38,692 nt of DNA, taken from IMG/VR virus record IMGVR_UViG_3300020441_000430, positions 1 through 38,692 of that record; one strand, given 5' to 3'. Positions 1-9,339 of the stretch are shown one piece after another. The position numbers and the translations under genes were made by a program. Every line of letters starts with the position of its first letter. Positions within the stretch are counted from its first letter, which is position 1. Under the pieces are notes generated by a model. The model saw only the letters and a list, made by a program, of their open reading frames with translations, was not told the origin of the DNA and made no database searches. The DNA is from a virus. Lineage: Duplodnaviria > Caudoviricetes.

Positions 1-19
1 TATATGATATAATACTTCA

Positions 20-652
20 TTAATATACATCTTCTGCCGTAAATAGAACTCGATCTTGTTCTATTTTACCCTCGTATATCTTGATGCCGTATACAAGTGC
101 GTATTCGTGAACATCTTGAATTTTTGTTTTTGCTGGATAAACTTTAAAATCACCATGTTCATCCCAATTTTGTTTGAGTTGTTGTCTTAAAGTAAAATTA
201 CCACCACCATTTATTTTGCCTGTGCATAATTTACCAACTTCCATTGCTTCAGTTATGACTTCTGCATCTATCTTATCTAAACTTTTAGCGTGTTTATAAA
301 AATCTTCGTATAGTAATTCTGATTGTTCTTCATCTAGATCGTATTCTTCTTTTAGTAATAGTAATGCAACTGCATATGAGGCAAGTATAGATTTACCACC
401 TGGTATTTTACCTAATAGTTTTTTAATATTAAATACTAATCTATGCAATGGTGTAAGAGAGTTTTTCTCTTCTTTTGATTTAGGATTATTTGGTATTTTT
501 TGATTTTTGTTGTCGGGGTCTGTTAAGAATTTAATTCTAGTGCCTCTTTCATCTATGAAACCAAACTTGAAGGCAGGCGTTTTGTTAAAAGGTGTCACTA
601 ACATCTTTAGAAAACGAAATACTATTAAACTGTCTATTACTCTTCCGACCAT
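20..652 (-). CDS. conserved T4-like phage hypothetical protein (late, probably virion-associated)
   Basis: 210 aa; N-terminal FRFLKMLVTPF..TPAFKFGFIDE.G block recalled from marine T4-like phages; TAAATA late promoter immediately upstream. Confidence 0.6.
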   Translation of the reverse strand: MVGRVIDSLIVFRFLKMLVTPFNKTPAFKFGFIDERGTRIKFLTDPDNKNQKIPNNPKSKEEKNSLTPLHRLVFNIKKLLGKIPGGKSILASYAVALLLLKEEYDLDEEQSELLYEDFYKHAKSLDKIDAEVITEAMEVGKLCTGKINGGGNFTLRQQLKQNWDEHGDFKVYPAKTKIQDVHEYALVYGIKIYEGKIEQDRVLFTAEDVY

Positions 653-665
653 AATACTATTTATG

Positions 666-1037
666 TTATAAAACTCTTAATCGTTTAACAAGTGTCTCAT
701 CTATTGGTATATCTGTCATCCAGTCTTCTTTAATCAGATCAAGATAGATTAACATAGTTTTGATAGATGACCAATGTTTTTGTTCTTTAATTTTAAAATT
801 TAACATTCTCATACATGCCTCAAAACCAAATACATTGAAGAGACATATAATATGATTCAACATGAGGCGTTCTCTAAGTTCACCATTCTCATGATATCGA
901 TGTAGTAATCGTTTTAGATAACGAAACCTACGCAAGTCCTCATTAAAGTCTTCAATGTCTTCACATTGAGGATCATCATAATGTTTCATCGCATATGCGT
1001 TAAAATTTTTTGCTGTGATTTTGTCAAAAAGACCCAT
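666..1037 (-). CDS. conserved T4-like phage hypothetical protein
   Basis: 123 aa; YAMKHYDDPQC...EDLRRFRYLKRL...RLMLNHII motif typical of a T4-like conserved family. Confidence 0.7.
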   Translation of the reverse strand: MGLFDKITAKNFNAYAMKHYDDPQCEDIEDFNEDLRRFRYLKRLLHRYHENGELRERLMLNHIICLFNVFGFEACMRMLNFKIKEQKHWSSIKTMLIYLDLIKEDWMTDIPIDETLVKRLRVL

Positions 1038-1093
1038 AATATAATTTGTTAGTTTTGTCTACTATTATATTTAGTAGACATTACTAAGCGGAC

Positions 1094-1516
1094 TTAAACT
1101 AAAGAACCGTAAACTTTGTAAGAACCTGATTCTAACTGTTCGTATTTTACATTCAGATTAACGATTTTCTCTTCTTTGTCAAGTTGGTCTATAGGTGTAT
1201 CAACTGATTTACCTATTGTCTCACCCATTTGTGAGAATTGTAAGTCTAAAGAACCTGATTTACCAAACTCTTCTTCTTGCACTTCACCATGTCCTTCTAC
1301 TGAATGTTTCTTCATAAGACCTAATAGTGATAGTTTAGACTCCATCTGTGCGACTGCGGCTTTTGGATTCATAAATTCTGATACTGCAACATGACCTAAA
1401 ATTGCGTTCACTTTATTTTTTACATCTGGATTATCGATGTCATAAGGCACTTTCTCTGCCTCTAAACCAGAACCCTGTAAAATGTTTTCTTCTAAATATT
1501 CTTTAAATGTTTTCAT
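1094..1516 (-). CDS. hypothetical protein with capsid-targeting-like N-terminus
   Basis: 140 aa; starts MKTFKEYLEE, similar to T4 internal-protein leader MKTYQEFIAE. Confidence 0.6.
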   Translation of the reverse strand: MKTFKEYLEENILQGSGLEAEKVPYDIDNPDVKNKVNAILGHVAVSEFMNPKAAVAQMESKLSLLGLMKKHSVEGHGEVQEEEFGKSGSLDLQFSQMGETIGKSVDTPIDQLDKEEKIVNLNVKYEQLESGSYKVYGSLV

Positions 1517-1519
1517 ATG

Positions 1520-1783
1520 TTATCCTGTAATTGCGACACCCACACCTAAAACTTCTGCATGAGCGGCGAATATTTCGTTAGAAGCGTCCTTTTGAACTAT
1601 CTCTACACCACCTGATTTGAGAGTGAATGTACCGATGAGAGAGTTACCACTTGTTTCTATAGAAACTAATCTGTCTGTCGTGCCTGAATTAACAAGTCGC
1701 ACGGCAGTAGATAGTCCAAAATTAGAACCATTACCTGAGCTTGTTCCACAAGCTGCTTCTGAACCTAAAACATGTATTCTCAT
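1520..1783 (-). CDS. small putative virion structural protein
   Basis: 87 aa, G/S/T/V-rich; AAGG SD; in late block. Confidence 0.55.
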   Translation of the reverse strand: MRIHVLGSEAACGTSSGNGSNFGLSTAVRLVNSGTTDRLVSIETSGNSLIGTFTLKSGGVEIVQKDASNEIFAAHAEVLGVGVAITG

Positions 1784-1798
1784 AATGTTACCTTATAT

Positions 1799-2350
1799 TT
1801 ATGCAGCTACTGTAATTGTTCCAGCGGCAGTTCCGATACCAGCAACATTAGTAATGGTTGCATTACCACCACCTGCTGTATCAACAATTGTTCCACCGTT
1901 TAGAGACATAGCGTTTGCGCCAATACTTAATACATCACCTGCATCTGTAGCTGCGTTACCAGCTGCTATTGTAAGACTGAACACAAGTTCGTTGGTTGTT
2001 GAACCACTTGCATATGATAATGTATGATTTGCATTCGTGTCATTAACAACAGTTAATTGTGGTGTTCCTGCTACAGTCACATTCTCGTTAAAGAATACTT
2101 TGACTGATAGTGTTCCACCGTCTGACTTGTCAAATGCTGTTGTGACAAAATCTATCTCAGTAATGTCTGCCTGTCCGATACCAACTGCAAGGTCAGCACC
2201 AGTAGCAACTAAAATCTCTTCTAGATTTCTAGAACCAACTGTTTTCTTTAGAACCCAGCCTTCTGGTTTTGCAATACAATTTTTTGCATCAGCAGTATTT
2301 AAGTATTTTGGTTTTGATTCGTCTGAATCTGATACTCCCCATAATGCCAT
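1799..2350 (-). CDS. putative virion surface protein with Ig-like beta domain
   Basis: 183 aa; MALWG start; V.F.E.V.V.GTPQL and Y.SGS.T..L.F motifs of Ig-like repeats; GAGG SD. Confidence 0.6.
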   Translation of the reverse strand: MALWGVSDSDESKPKYLNTADAKNCIAKPEGWVLKKTVGSRNLEEILVATGADLAVGIGQADITEIDFVTTAFDKSDGGTLSVKVFFNENVTVAGTPQLTVVNDTNANHTLSYASGSTTNELVFSLTIAAGNAATDAGDVLSIGANAMSLNGGTIVDTAGGGNATITNVAGIGTAAGTITVAA

Positions 2351-2370
2351 TTTATTTTCCTCTCTCTCGT

Positions 2371-2940
2371 TTATTTTGCAACTTTCAATACTGCCTTAAA
2401 GACTTTATTGAAACTTGATTTATCTTTTTGTAATAACTGTAGGTATTTAGTTCTTTGAGGTGCTCGAATAGACATTAAAGCATCATAAACTTTTACCGCA
2501 TCAGCCCTTTTTACCTTTATTTTCTTCATATCATCAGTTCTAACTTCGCCATCTTTCGTGTAATCTTTAAATTTTCCTAATTGAACTAATATGTTCGCAT
2601 CAGGTCTATTCTGAACACCTTTTGCCTTTGAATCCATGGCGTCTAAAGCTCTCTGATAAACCTCGTCTTCTTGTGCCTCGCTATATTTACCACCTGCCAT
2701 TGTAGAGATTTTATCTAATCTTTTCTTTAGATCATCTTTATTTTTGGCCTGTGCAACTGCACGAGCAATCTTTTTATTACCACCGTCAGACATCATGCCA
2801 AAGTCTGCAATCTTTTCCATAACAGCGTTGACTTGTTTGGCTTGTTTTACATATCCAAGTTTTAACAATTTCTTTCTGAATGCTTTTGTTCTCGCATCAG
2901 ATGTTAAAATCTTCTCTATGACTTTTTCTGTTTCGTTCAT
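2371..2940 (-). CDS. basic hypothetical protein, probable head-internal protein
   Basis: 189 aa, K-rich; start overlaps stop of upstream gene. Confidence 0.55.
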   Translation of the reverse strand: MNETEKVIEKILTSDARTKAFRKKLLKLGYVKQAKQVNAVMEKIADFGMMSDGGNKKIARAVAQAKNKDDLKKRLDKISTMAGGKYSEAQEDEVYQRALDAMDSKAKGVQNRPDANILVQLGKFKDYTKDGEVRTDDMKKIKVKRADAVKVYDALMSIRAPQRTKYLQLLQKDKSSFNKVFKAVLKVAK

Positions 2941-4202
2941 TATTTACCAACCATGGTAACATCTGACATACCGCCACCATCTAACATATTCTTCTTAATT
3001 GACTTGTCAAATATGTAGTCAACAACTGCGGTAAAACCTTTCATGTCTGTATCTGATACTTGAAAACCACCTGAAATCTTTTCTAGTTTTGCACCAACTT
3101 TCTTGGTGACTACTTTTAAATGTTTCTCTAAACTCTTGTCTTTTACTTTTGTGAATTTAAGAACTTTGCCTTCTACGAGTTCGCAATGTTCTGAATCGTG
3201 CATATCTCTATATGTGTCCATAATGTCAAAAGAGTTCATAATTGGTCTGCCCTGTGCATCTTTCTTTCTACTTGCGGCTCTATCACTCATCATCTTCATG
3301 GTGTTAAGTTCACCAATCAATGATAATACTTTTTGTTGTGCCTTTAGTATTGCCTCGTATGTAGGATTAAACCCTGTATTTTTGAGTGTCTTGTCACCTG
3401 ATTTTGCGATTTGTTGATAACCTTTCTTGACTTTTTCCATGTCTTTAGAAAGTTTCTTCGCCATGTTTATTTCTTTATCAGTGACTTCGTTTATTGATTC
3501 TGGAAGTTTTGCGTAGTTTTGTCCTGGTTTTGGGTTATTGATATACTGTGGAAAGTTAGGACCAAATGATTTGGTATACTTCTTAGGATTCTTTGCAATG
3601 TCTTTCAACCTATTTAAGTAATCTTTTGGATTCTTTTTATATGCTTTCATATTATCAACAAAACCATCTTGTGATATTAGTTGTGATAATACTCTGTATA
3701 GTTTTGCATCTTTAGATGACCATACATTGGCAAAATGTCTTTGCATCATATTATTATCTAATGATACTTCTTGTAAGTTTGATTCGTTTGTTGGTTTTTT
3801 AGGTGCAGGATTCTTTCTTCTCATGTCAACGATTGCAGTCCAGAGTTCTTCTCTAGTCATTGTATCGCCTGAACCTGCATCTTTGAATTGCATTGCAAAA
3901 TACTTTTCCATTCTTTCAAAGATTTCATCAGCATTTAGAAATGACTTTATATACTTTCTAAGTTCTCTGTTTGCTTTTGCGTTGTATTGTGCGTTGACTC
4001 TTGCTTTTTTATTGATAAATGCAAAGTAATAATCACCATCATAGATAGGGTAACTTAGAGATAACCATGAATTCTTTAATGCACTATTATTAACATAATG
4101 AGTTTCTTTGTCGTTCTTTTCAATCCACTCTTGTTCTTTTTTATCTATGCCGACTTTCTTTGCGAAGACTTTAAGAGGCATTTCTTTTGACATTCTTGCC
4201 AT
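2940..4202 (-). CDS. multi-module hypothetical protein, probable head-internal protein
   Basis: 420 aa; modules separated by ESNLQE, ESINE, ELVE motifs resembling prohead protease sites. Confidence 0.55.
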   Translation of the reverse strand: MARMSKEMPLKVFAKKVGIDKKEQEWIEKNDKETHYVNNSALKNSWLSLSYPIYDGDYYFAFINKKARVNAQYNAKANRELRKYIKSFLNADEIFERMEKYFAMQFKDAGSGDTMTREELWTAIVDMRRKNPAPKKPTNESNLQEVSLDNNMMQRHFANVWSSKDAKLYRVLSQLISQDGFVDNMKAYKKNPKDYLNRLKDIAKNPKKYTKSFGPNFPQYINNPKPGQNYAKLPESINEVTDKEINMAKKLSKDMEKVKKGYQQIAKSGDKTLKNTGFNPTYEAILKAQQKVLSLIGELNTMKMMSDRAASRKKDAQGRPIMNSFDIMDTYRDMHDSEHCELVEGKVLKFTKVKDKSLEKHLKVVTKKVGAKLEKISGGFQVSDTDMKGFTAVVDYIFDKSIKKNMLDGGGMSDVTMVGK

Positions 4203-4205
4203 GAT

Positions 4206-4679
4206 TTACCTCGGCATGCCTTTTGCTACTTTACCTCTTCGCATCTTCTTCATGATGCCTCTTTCGATATTTGATTCGTCTATGTTTTCTTGCCACATAT
4301 TACGAATAGCATCAAACTCATTGAATTTAACTTGATGTTGTGCATTTTCTATTTCTTCTGAACTACAATGACTTGCTTTCACAACTTTTTTTTCTTTAAT
4401 ATAATCTTCATTTGCATACTTCAATGCGTTCTGAACTTCTTTTGATTTAAGAATGTTATCACCATAGAACTTTTTGATTTCACTAGATGCGACATTCATT
4501 GCCCCACCTAGATCGAGTGCAACTTCTACTGCTTTCTTGATCTTGGCATCTTTAACTTTGTTTCTTCTAAAGTAAGTAGATACTTCACGACCTGTTAGTT
4601 TCTGTTTGCCGTAAGGTCCTAATGGATTAACCTTACCATCTTTATCTAAAACTTGTTTTGCTTCTTGAAATAAATTCAT
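4206..4679 (-). CDS. hypothetical protein, probable head-internal protein
   Basis: 157 aa; tightly packed in late operon; ENIDE motif. Confidence 0.55.
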   Translation of the reverse strand: MNLFQEAKQVLDKDGKVNPLGPYGKQKLTGREVSTYFRRNKVKDAKIKKAVEVALDLGGAMNVASSEIKKFYGDNILKSKEVQNALKYANEDYIKEKKVVKASHCSSEEIENAQHQVKFNEFDAIRNMWQENIDESNIERGIMKKMRRGKVAKGMPR

Positions 4680-4680
4680 A

Positions 4681-4920
4681 TTATCCTCGGCTACTAGCCA
4701 TTAGTTCTTCAAACTTTTTAGGGTTCATTTTATACATATCTTGCAATGTTTTAAGTGCTTTTTCATGTGGTGAACCAGACATTTTTACAAATTTCTCTAT
4801 GTATGCAAGAGCTTTTTTATTTTTCATTTTAGGAAAAAAATCTTTTACTTTCAATTGTTGTGGATTAGGACCAATTGTATTTGATTCTTTTAATTGCCTA
4901 ATAGTTCTTTCTAGATTCAC
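4681..4920 (-). CDS. hypothetical protein
   Basis: 79 aa; 1 nt gaps to both neighbours; GAGG SD. Confidence 0.55.
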   Translation of the reverse strand: MNLERTIRQLKESNTIGPNPQQLKVKDFFPKMKNKKALAYIEKFVKMSGSPHEKALKTLQDMYKMNPKKFEELMASSRG

Positions 4921-4921
4921 A

Positions 4922-5383
4922 CTAACCTCTTACTTTGGCAGCTAAATCTTTATCAGCACCGCCCCATGTTCCTTTTGACTTAGTTGCAAAGCTGTTCACT
5001 CTGGCATGTCCCCATTGGGTCGGGTTTGTGCCAGGTCTATGACCAGTTCTCCAAGCAGCTACACCTCTTTTGAATACTTGTTTTAATATACCAAAAGGCA
5101 TGCCTGTCTTTTCTGCTTTCTTTTTAAGAGATGCATCTGCATCTCCTTCATCTAAATCTTCTGGATGATCTTCCATTGCCTCTTTCAAGTGAACTTCAAA
5201 CTCTTCGTTATAAGGGAAACCTTTTAAAGGGTTATCAAATACTTGTGAGAAATGTTTTGCAGTATTGGCTACTAAATTTTTATTAGCTTTCTGAGCTTCT
5301 CGAATATAAGAATCTACTGCCTCACCTGGAGTCATTGTTTGTAGATACTTTGTATATTCTGGTGTTCCTATTTCGTGTGGCAT
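4922..5383 (-). CDS. DUF5824-like domain protein
   Basis: C-terminal LKKKAEKTG.P..IL.QV..RG.AAWRTGHRPG....QW..ARVNSF motif. Confidence 0.65.
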   Translation of the reverse strand: MPHEIGTPEYTKYLQTMTPGEAVDSYIREAQKANKNLVANTAKHFSQVFDNPLKGFPYNEEFEVHLKEAMEDHPEDLDEGDADASLKKKAEKTGMPFGILKQVFKRGVAAWRTGHRPGTNPTQWGHARVNSFATKSKGTWGGADKDLAAKVRG

Positions 5384-5384
5384 A

Positions 5385-6563
5385 TTATTTTCTCTTAGTA
5401 ATGTCTTTTGCCTTATCTGTCAACTTTGCGATGTCATCTTTTAAGTCTTGAATTTTAAAGTTGAGATCATCAGCCATCTCTTCTTGACGGTCTGCCTTCA
5501 ATTCCTGAGCCTCAGCATATTCTTTCATTCTTTTTGCTGTTGCTTCATCTTTTCCTTGCGCTTTCTGTCTTTGTTCTGAAGCGTCATCTCTGTATTTCTC
5601 AGCGGCGTCATCATGAACTTGTCTTTGTTTTCTCATGAATTCAAGTTTTCTTTTCATCTTATCGATAGGTTTCATGGCAGCTTCTTTCTTTTTGTGTTGT
5701 GCCATTCTATAGTCTGCAGCTGAATCTCTTTCAAAGTCTTGTCTGATGCCTAAACTCCCTAAGGGACCTGCTTCATCAAGACTTTCGAACTTTTTTACAG
5801 AATCTAATACCTCTGATATTAGTTCTACACCAAACTCTTCAATGATAGGAAGTAAAGCTTCTTTCATTGTTGCCATCTTTCTGAGTCTTTCTTTCTTTCT
5901 CATTTCTGCATCTCTAAGTTTTGCATTTGCATCTTTAACAGACTTCTGCATATCTCTTCTTACTTGTGCAATAGATTTCTTTTCAGGTTTGCCAGACATC
6001 ATAGTTGTTTCTTTGACATCTTTCTCTTTAATGTTTTTCTTTTTAGGGTCATGTTCTAAGTCTTCGACTTCTTTTACAGTGTATTTTTTACCTGATACTA
6101 CGAATTCTTTTTCATCGTTGTCTTTTGCATTTTTTAATGCCATTGAGAACTTGTTGCCCTCATCTTTCATTGCCTTACTAATTGCGGCTCTTCTCTTTTT
6201 TAGATATTCATCTGATGAATCTGTATCGCCATCGTTATCGATGTCTGCATCTGCCTTACCGACAGGATCGAGTTTCTTTTCTTCGATTGATTCTTCTTTG
6301 AGTTCTGGATTTACATCTAGAATATCGTCTTTTGATAAGCCTCGACTTAATTGAAATTTCATTATTGACTTTTTATCGCCAACAACATGTGCTTCATCGT
6401 CACCTGGTTTAGGTTTCATAAATCTTACACCTGCTTTTTTGGCGAGAGGCATAAGTTTTCTTTCAGAACCAGGCACAATTTGTATACCCATTTTCATTTC
6501 AGATAGTTCTAAAATGTTTTTTGATGCGTCAAGTATAGACTTAGATAAATCTTGTATACTCAT
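5385..6563 (-). CDS. charged coiled-coil protein, probable prohead core/internal protein
   Basis: 392 aa, K/E-rich; DADIDNDGDTDSSDEYL EF-hand-like motif; several (I/L)xE sites. Confidence 0.6.
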   Translation of the reverse strand: MSIQDLSKSILDASKNILELSEMKMGIQIVPGSERKLMPLAKKAGVRFMKPKPGDDEAHVVGDKKSIMKFQLSRGLSKDDILDVNPELKEESIEEKKLDPVGKADADIDNDGDTDSSDEYLKKRRAAISKAMKDEGNKFSMALKNAKDNDEKEFVVSGKKYTVKEVEDLEHDPKKKNIKEKDVKETTMMSGKPEKKSIAQVRRDMQKSVKDANAKLRDAEMRKKERLRKMATMKEALLPIIEEFGVELISEVLDSVKKFESLDEAGPLGSLGIRQDFERDSAADYRMAQHKKKEAAMKPIDKMKRKLEFMRKQRQVHDDAAEKYRDDASEQRQKAQGKDEATAKRMKEYAEAQELKADRQEEMADDLNFKIQDLKDDIAKLTDKAKDITKRK

Positions 6564-6952
6564 TATAGTTCCCCTTTTTCGAAATAGTCAAACAGTTTTT
6601 GTTTGCCTGACTCATTTAATCTTAATGTTTTTGATAGTCTGCCTAACATATTTCGTTCTGCTAGTTTTTCTACTGATTTTTCTACAGAACCATTGTCAAG
6701 TTCTTTAATTCTATTATCTACTTCTTTAAGTTCTTCTTGGAGTCTAAGTCTTTCTTCTTGTAATGACTCCAATGTCTCTTCTGTCTTCGAGTCCTCTGCG
6801 AATTCTTCTTTAAGCAGTTCCTCGATCTCATTTTCTACATCAGTTCCTTCAGAAACAACTGGTGTTTCTTCGACAACTGACTCGACTTTTTCTGTTTCTT
6901 TAACAAAAGAACGAACTTCCTGTAGTTTTTCTTTCCAAGTATTCTGTGCCAT
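6563..6952 (-). CDS. acidic coiled-coil hypothetical protein
   Basis: Start reassigned to ATG at 6952 (MAQNTWKEKL), just downstream of TATAAATA at 6961-6968; the longer ORF call overlaps the next gene. Confidence 0.6.
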   Translation of the reverse strand: MAQNTWKEKLQEVRSFVKETEKVESVVEETPVVSEGTDVENEIEELLKEEFAEDSKTEETLESLQEERLRLQEELKEVDNRIKELDNGSVEKSVEKLAERNMLGRLSKTLRLNESGKQKLFDYFEKGEL

Positions 6953-6960
6953 GATATAGT

Positions 6961-6968
6961 TATTTATA
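6961..6968 (-). promoter_or_regulatory. T4-type late promoter
   Basis: TATAAATA 8 nt upstream of ATG 6952. Confidence 0.65.
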
Positions 6969-7245
6969 TGTTCTCGATTCTTAAAACGAGTCCATTTTCT
7001 CCTTTTATTACTCTGTGATACACCATTTTTGGTATCCAATAATCGTGTCCCACTTTCATTTCTTCTGGTAATGAGTCGTCCATCTGTAATTTCCAACCAT
7101 TACCTCTCAAAACATGCACCTTTCTACTCTTCTTGTCACGGTGCCATACAAGTTCTTCTTCGTTTGTATCATCAGAAAATTCTCTAATGATATATTCTCT
7201 TTGTGTTCCGTGTTGAACTTCGATACTATCTGTATAAGGTTTCAT
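6964..7245 (-). CDS. small cupin-like protein
   Basis: 93 aa; WHRD...V....GW.LQ and IP....HRVIKG cupin-like motifs; TATAAATA upstream. Confidence 0.6.
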   Translation of the reverse strand: MKPYTDSIEVQHGTQREYIIREFSDDTNEEELVWHRDKKSRKVHVLRGNGWKLQMDDSLPEEMKVGHDYWIPKMVYHRVIKGENGLVLRIENI

Positions 7246-7251
7246 CTCTAA

Positions 7252-7259
7252 TATTTATA
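7252..7259 (-). promoter_or_regulatory. T4-type late promoter
   Basis: TATAAATA in a short intergenic gap. Confidence 0.65.
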
Positions 7260-7260
7260 G

Positions 7261-7806
7261 TTACCAGAAAAATGAACCTCCGCCAGATAAACCTAATTGT
7301 TTTGCATAACGAGGCAATCTGCAAGACCAGTATCCTGGTTTTGTTTTGTCATTTGCAGTATCACAATTATGTCTTGCAACATATGATGCTCTAGCTTTAG
7401 TATCATCAAACTTTACACTTAAACCTGTTGTATCGCCAAATGTGACTTTCTTTACTTTGTCACCATCTTTGACATATACATAAAACTTTTTAGGACCACC
7501 TCGTTTTGGTTTACCAATAGGTGGATTCTTTTCATCTTCTTCTTTGAAATACATCATAGGACAGTCTAAAGGCACTAATTCTCCCTCATAAACTTCATAT
7601 TCACCTAGATCAGTTTCAAGTATTAGACCATCTATTTCTGTCAATCTATATCTTTTCTCTGCAACAAGTTTTCTTGCCTCTTTTATAATTTCAAAATACA
7701 TCATAGAACCTAATCTAAAAGGATTATCTAAGAGATTTGTACCTGTTTTTTGCATTTCTGATAGAGTTTCATCTATTGCAATGTCTTTAAATGTTTTGAT
7801 AATCAT
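7261..7806 (-). CDS. conserved phage protein with KKFYVYVK...V.FGD...ARH.C...YWSC domain (DUF6321-like)
   Basis: 181 aa; recognisable C-terminal motif. Confidence 0.6.
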   Translation of the reverse strand: MIIKTFKDIAIDETLSEMQKTGTNLLDNPFRLGSMMYFEIIKEARKLVAEKRYRLTEIDGLILETDLGEYEVYEGELVPLDCPMMYFKEEDEKNPPIGKPKRGGPKKFYVYVKDGDKVKKVTFGDTTGLSVKFDDTKARASYVARHNCDTANDKTKPGYWSCRLPRYAKQLGLSGGGSFFW

Positions 7807-8213
7807 GATGCTTTCTTGATTGGTATACCAGATTTATTTGCTTTATCTATTGGTTTTCTTTTCTTCTGCATTTCTTTTTGTCTAATACCTTTGACAAGTC
7901 GTTTTGCAATCTTAGCAATTTTACCTGATTTCTTATCTAAGAATTTACTAAGTGCAATCTTTTGACCTAATCCGAGATCACTCAACTTTGCACCTTTAAG
8001 TCTTTTCTTTGCAAGTTTATTTCTTGCTTGTTTCATTGCTCTTTTCATAAGAGTCTTTCTATCTATCTTAATTTTTTTTCTTGCTCTTTTGGCACCCATT
8101 TTCATTTTGGCACGATTTTTACGAGCCGCTTTTGCCCTTTTGAGACGAGTCATCATAGAATCGACTCTTTCGTCTAACTCTGTATCTTGATTGAATTCTC
8201 TAAATGTTTTCAT
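7803..8213 (-). CDS. highly basic protein with capsid-targeting-like leader (possible DNA-binding internal protein)
   Basis: MKTFREFNQDTELDE followed by a very K/R-rich body. Confidence 0.6.
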   Translation of the reverse strand: MKTFREFNQDTELDERVDSMMTRLKRAKAARKNRAKMKMGAKRARKKIKIDRKTLMKRAMKQARNKLAKKRLKGAKLSDLGLGQKIALSKFLDKKSGKIAKIAKRLVKGIRQKEMQKKRKPIDKANKSGIPIKKAS

Positions 8214-9331
8214 TTTTTATCTTTTGCATCTAGATAAGCCGCTATTGCCATCTTTCTAATTTTTGAATCTGATTTACCTTTAAACTGAGGTGCATCTGAT
8301 TTTCTGAAATCATCTATGTAATCACCTGCATCATCTTTCTTTGGGTCTAACTCCATAGTTAGTGTGCTTAATTGTTGAATTATTGTCATGAGTGTTGGTT
8401 GTGGTATAGATGCAAGTATCTCTGCTTGTTGTTTTGATATACCTTTAATCTTATCTAATTTTTTCTTGACTTTAGGCATTACTTTTGCTTCGTTTTTTGG
8501 CACACAATTTGGCACCATTTTACCACCTTTCTTTTTCATACCAACTTGTTTGTGAGTATCCCAACATGCCTCGTCTACTTGTTCAGACATTCTTAGAAAC
8601 ATTTTACCTTTTTCTTGTTTCTTATCTGTTGCAGTCATACCAACCATCTTTGCAATACTATTGATATATTTCATACCTGCTTCTGCGTTCTTCTTATATC
8701 TTTTACCCATTTCGGATTTAAGTTTCTTCGTGATTACACCAAGAACTTGGTCAACACCTGTGACTAGTTTACCCTCATGTAGATCATCACCATCTGGTGT
8801 GTAATCCATAACTATAGTAGAACCTGTTTCTATACAATCAGACAATGCAAACTTAAAGTCTCTGGTCTTTTTGTTTAGATCATCTAATGTTTCTCTTTGT
8901 TCTGAACCTCTGATCTTAGATTTAGTTCTGATAATTAAATTTTGTAGTTTATCTGCGTTCTTGTATTCTTTTACAAATCGATTTACTATTTTTGGAGGTA
9001 ATGTATCTGCCTCTGTTGCGTTAGGATTAGAGTATGTGACTTCGTTTACTACTTCTTCGCCATACATTGCTTTGAATTTCTTAGTGTGTTTAGATGGTTT
9101 TGTTTTTTTCATCTTACCATCTTTGTCTTTATCGCCTGGTGCAGGTTTGTATGCGTTTGGATTATCATCAGACATACTCGCACCTTTCTTGAAATGTGCA
9201 TCTCTGGCATCTTTTTTATCTTTCTTTACGCCTGAGTAATATTTTTTTGGTTGAGTTCCTTTTTTATCATCGACATCGGGGTCTTGTGCGACTCTGCGTA
9301 TTTTTTCTCTTAGTAAGTCTAATCTGTTCAT
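8210..9331 (-). CDS. multi-module head-internal-like protein
   Basis: 373 aa; modules QPKKYYSG..KTKPSKHTKKFK, CW...Q.GMKKK.GK.VPNCVP and YIDDF.KSDAPQF.GKS separated by xxE motifs. Confidence 0.6.
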   Translation of the reverse strand: MNRLDLLREKIRRVAQDPDVDDKKGTQPKKYYSGVKKDKKDARDAHFKKGASMSDDNPNAYKPAPGDKDKDGKMKKTKPSKHTKKFKAMYGEEVVNEVTYSNPNATEADTLPPKIVNRFVKEYKNADKLQNLIIRTKSKIRGSEQRETLDDLNKKTRDFKFALSDCIETGSTIVMDYTPDGDDLHEGKLVTGVDQVLGVITKKLKSEMGKRYKKNAEAGMKYINSIAKMVGMTATDKKQEKGKMFLRMSEQVDEACWDTHKQVGMKKKGGKMVPNCVPKNEAKVMPKVKKKLDKIKGISKQQAEILASIPQPTLMTIIQQLSTLTMELDPKKDDAGDYIDDFRKSDAPQFKGKSDSKIRKMAIAAYLDAKDKK

Positions 9332-9339
9332 ACTACTAT

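Noticed and set aside
6953-7096. N-terminal extension of ORF 6563-7096
   Set aside because: Overlaps the cupin-like gene; the late promoter position supports the ATG at 6952
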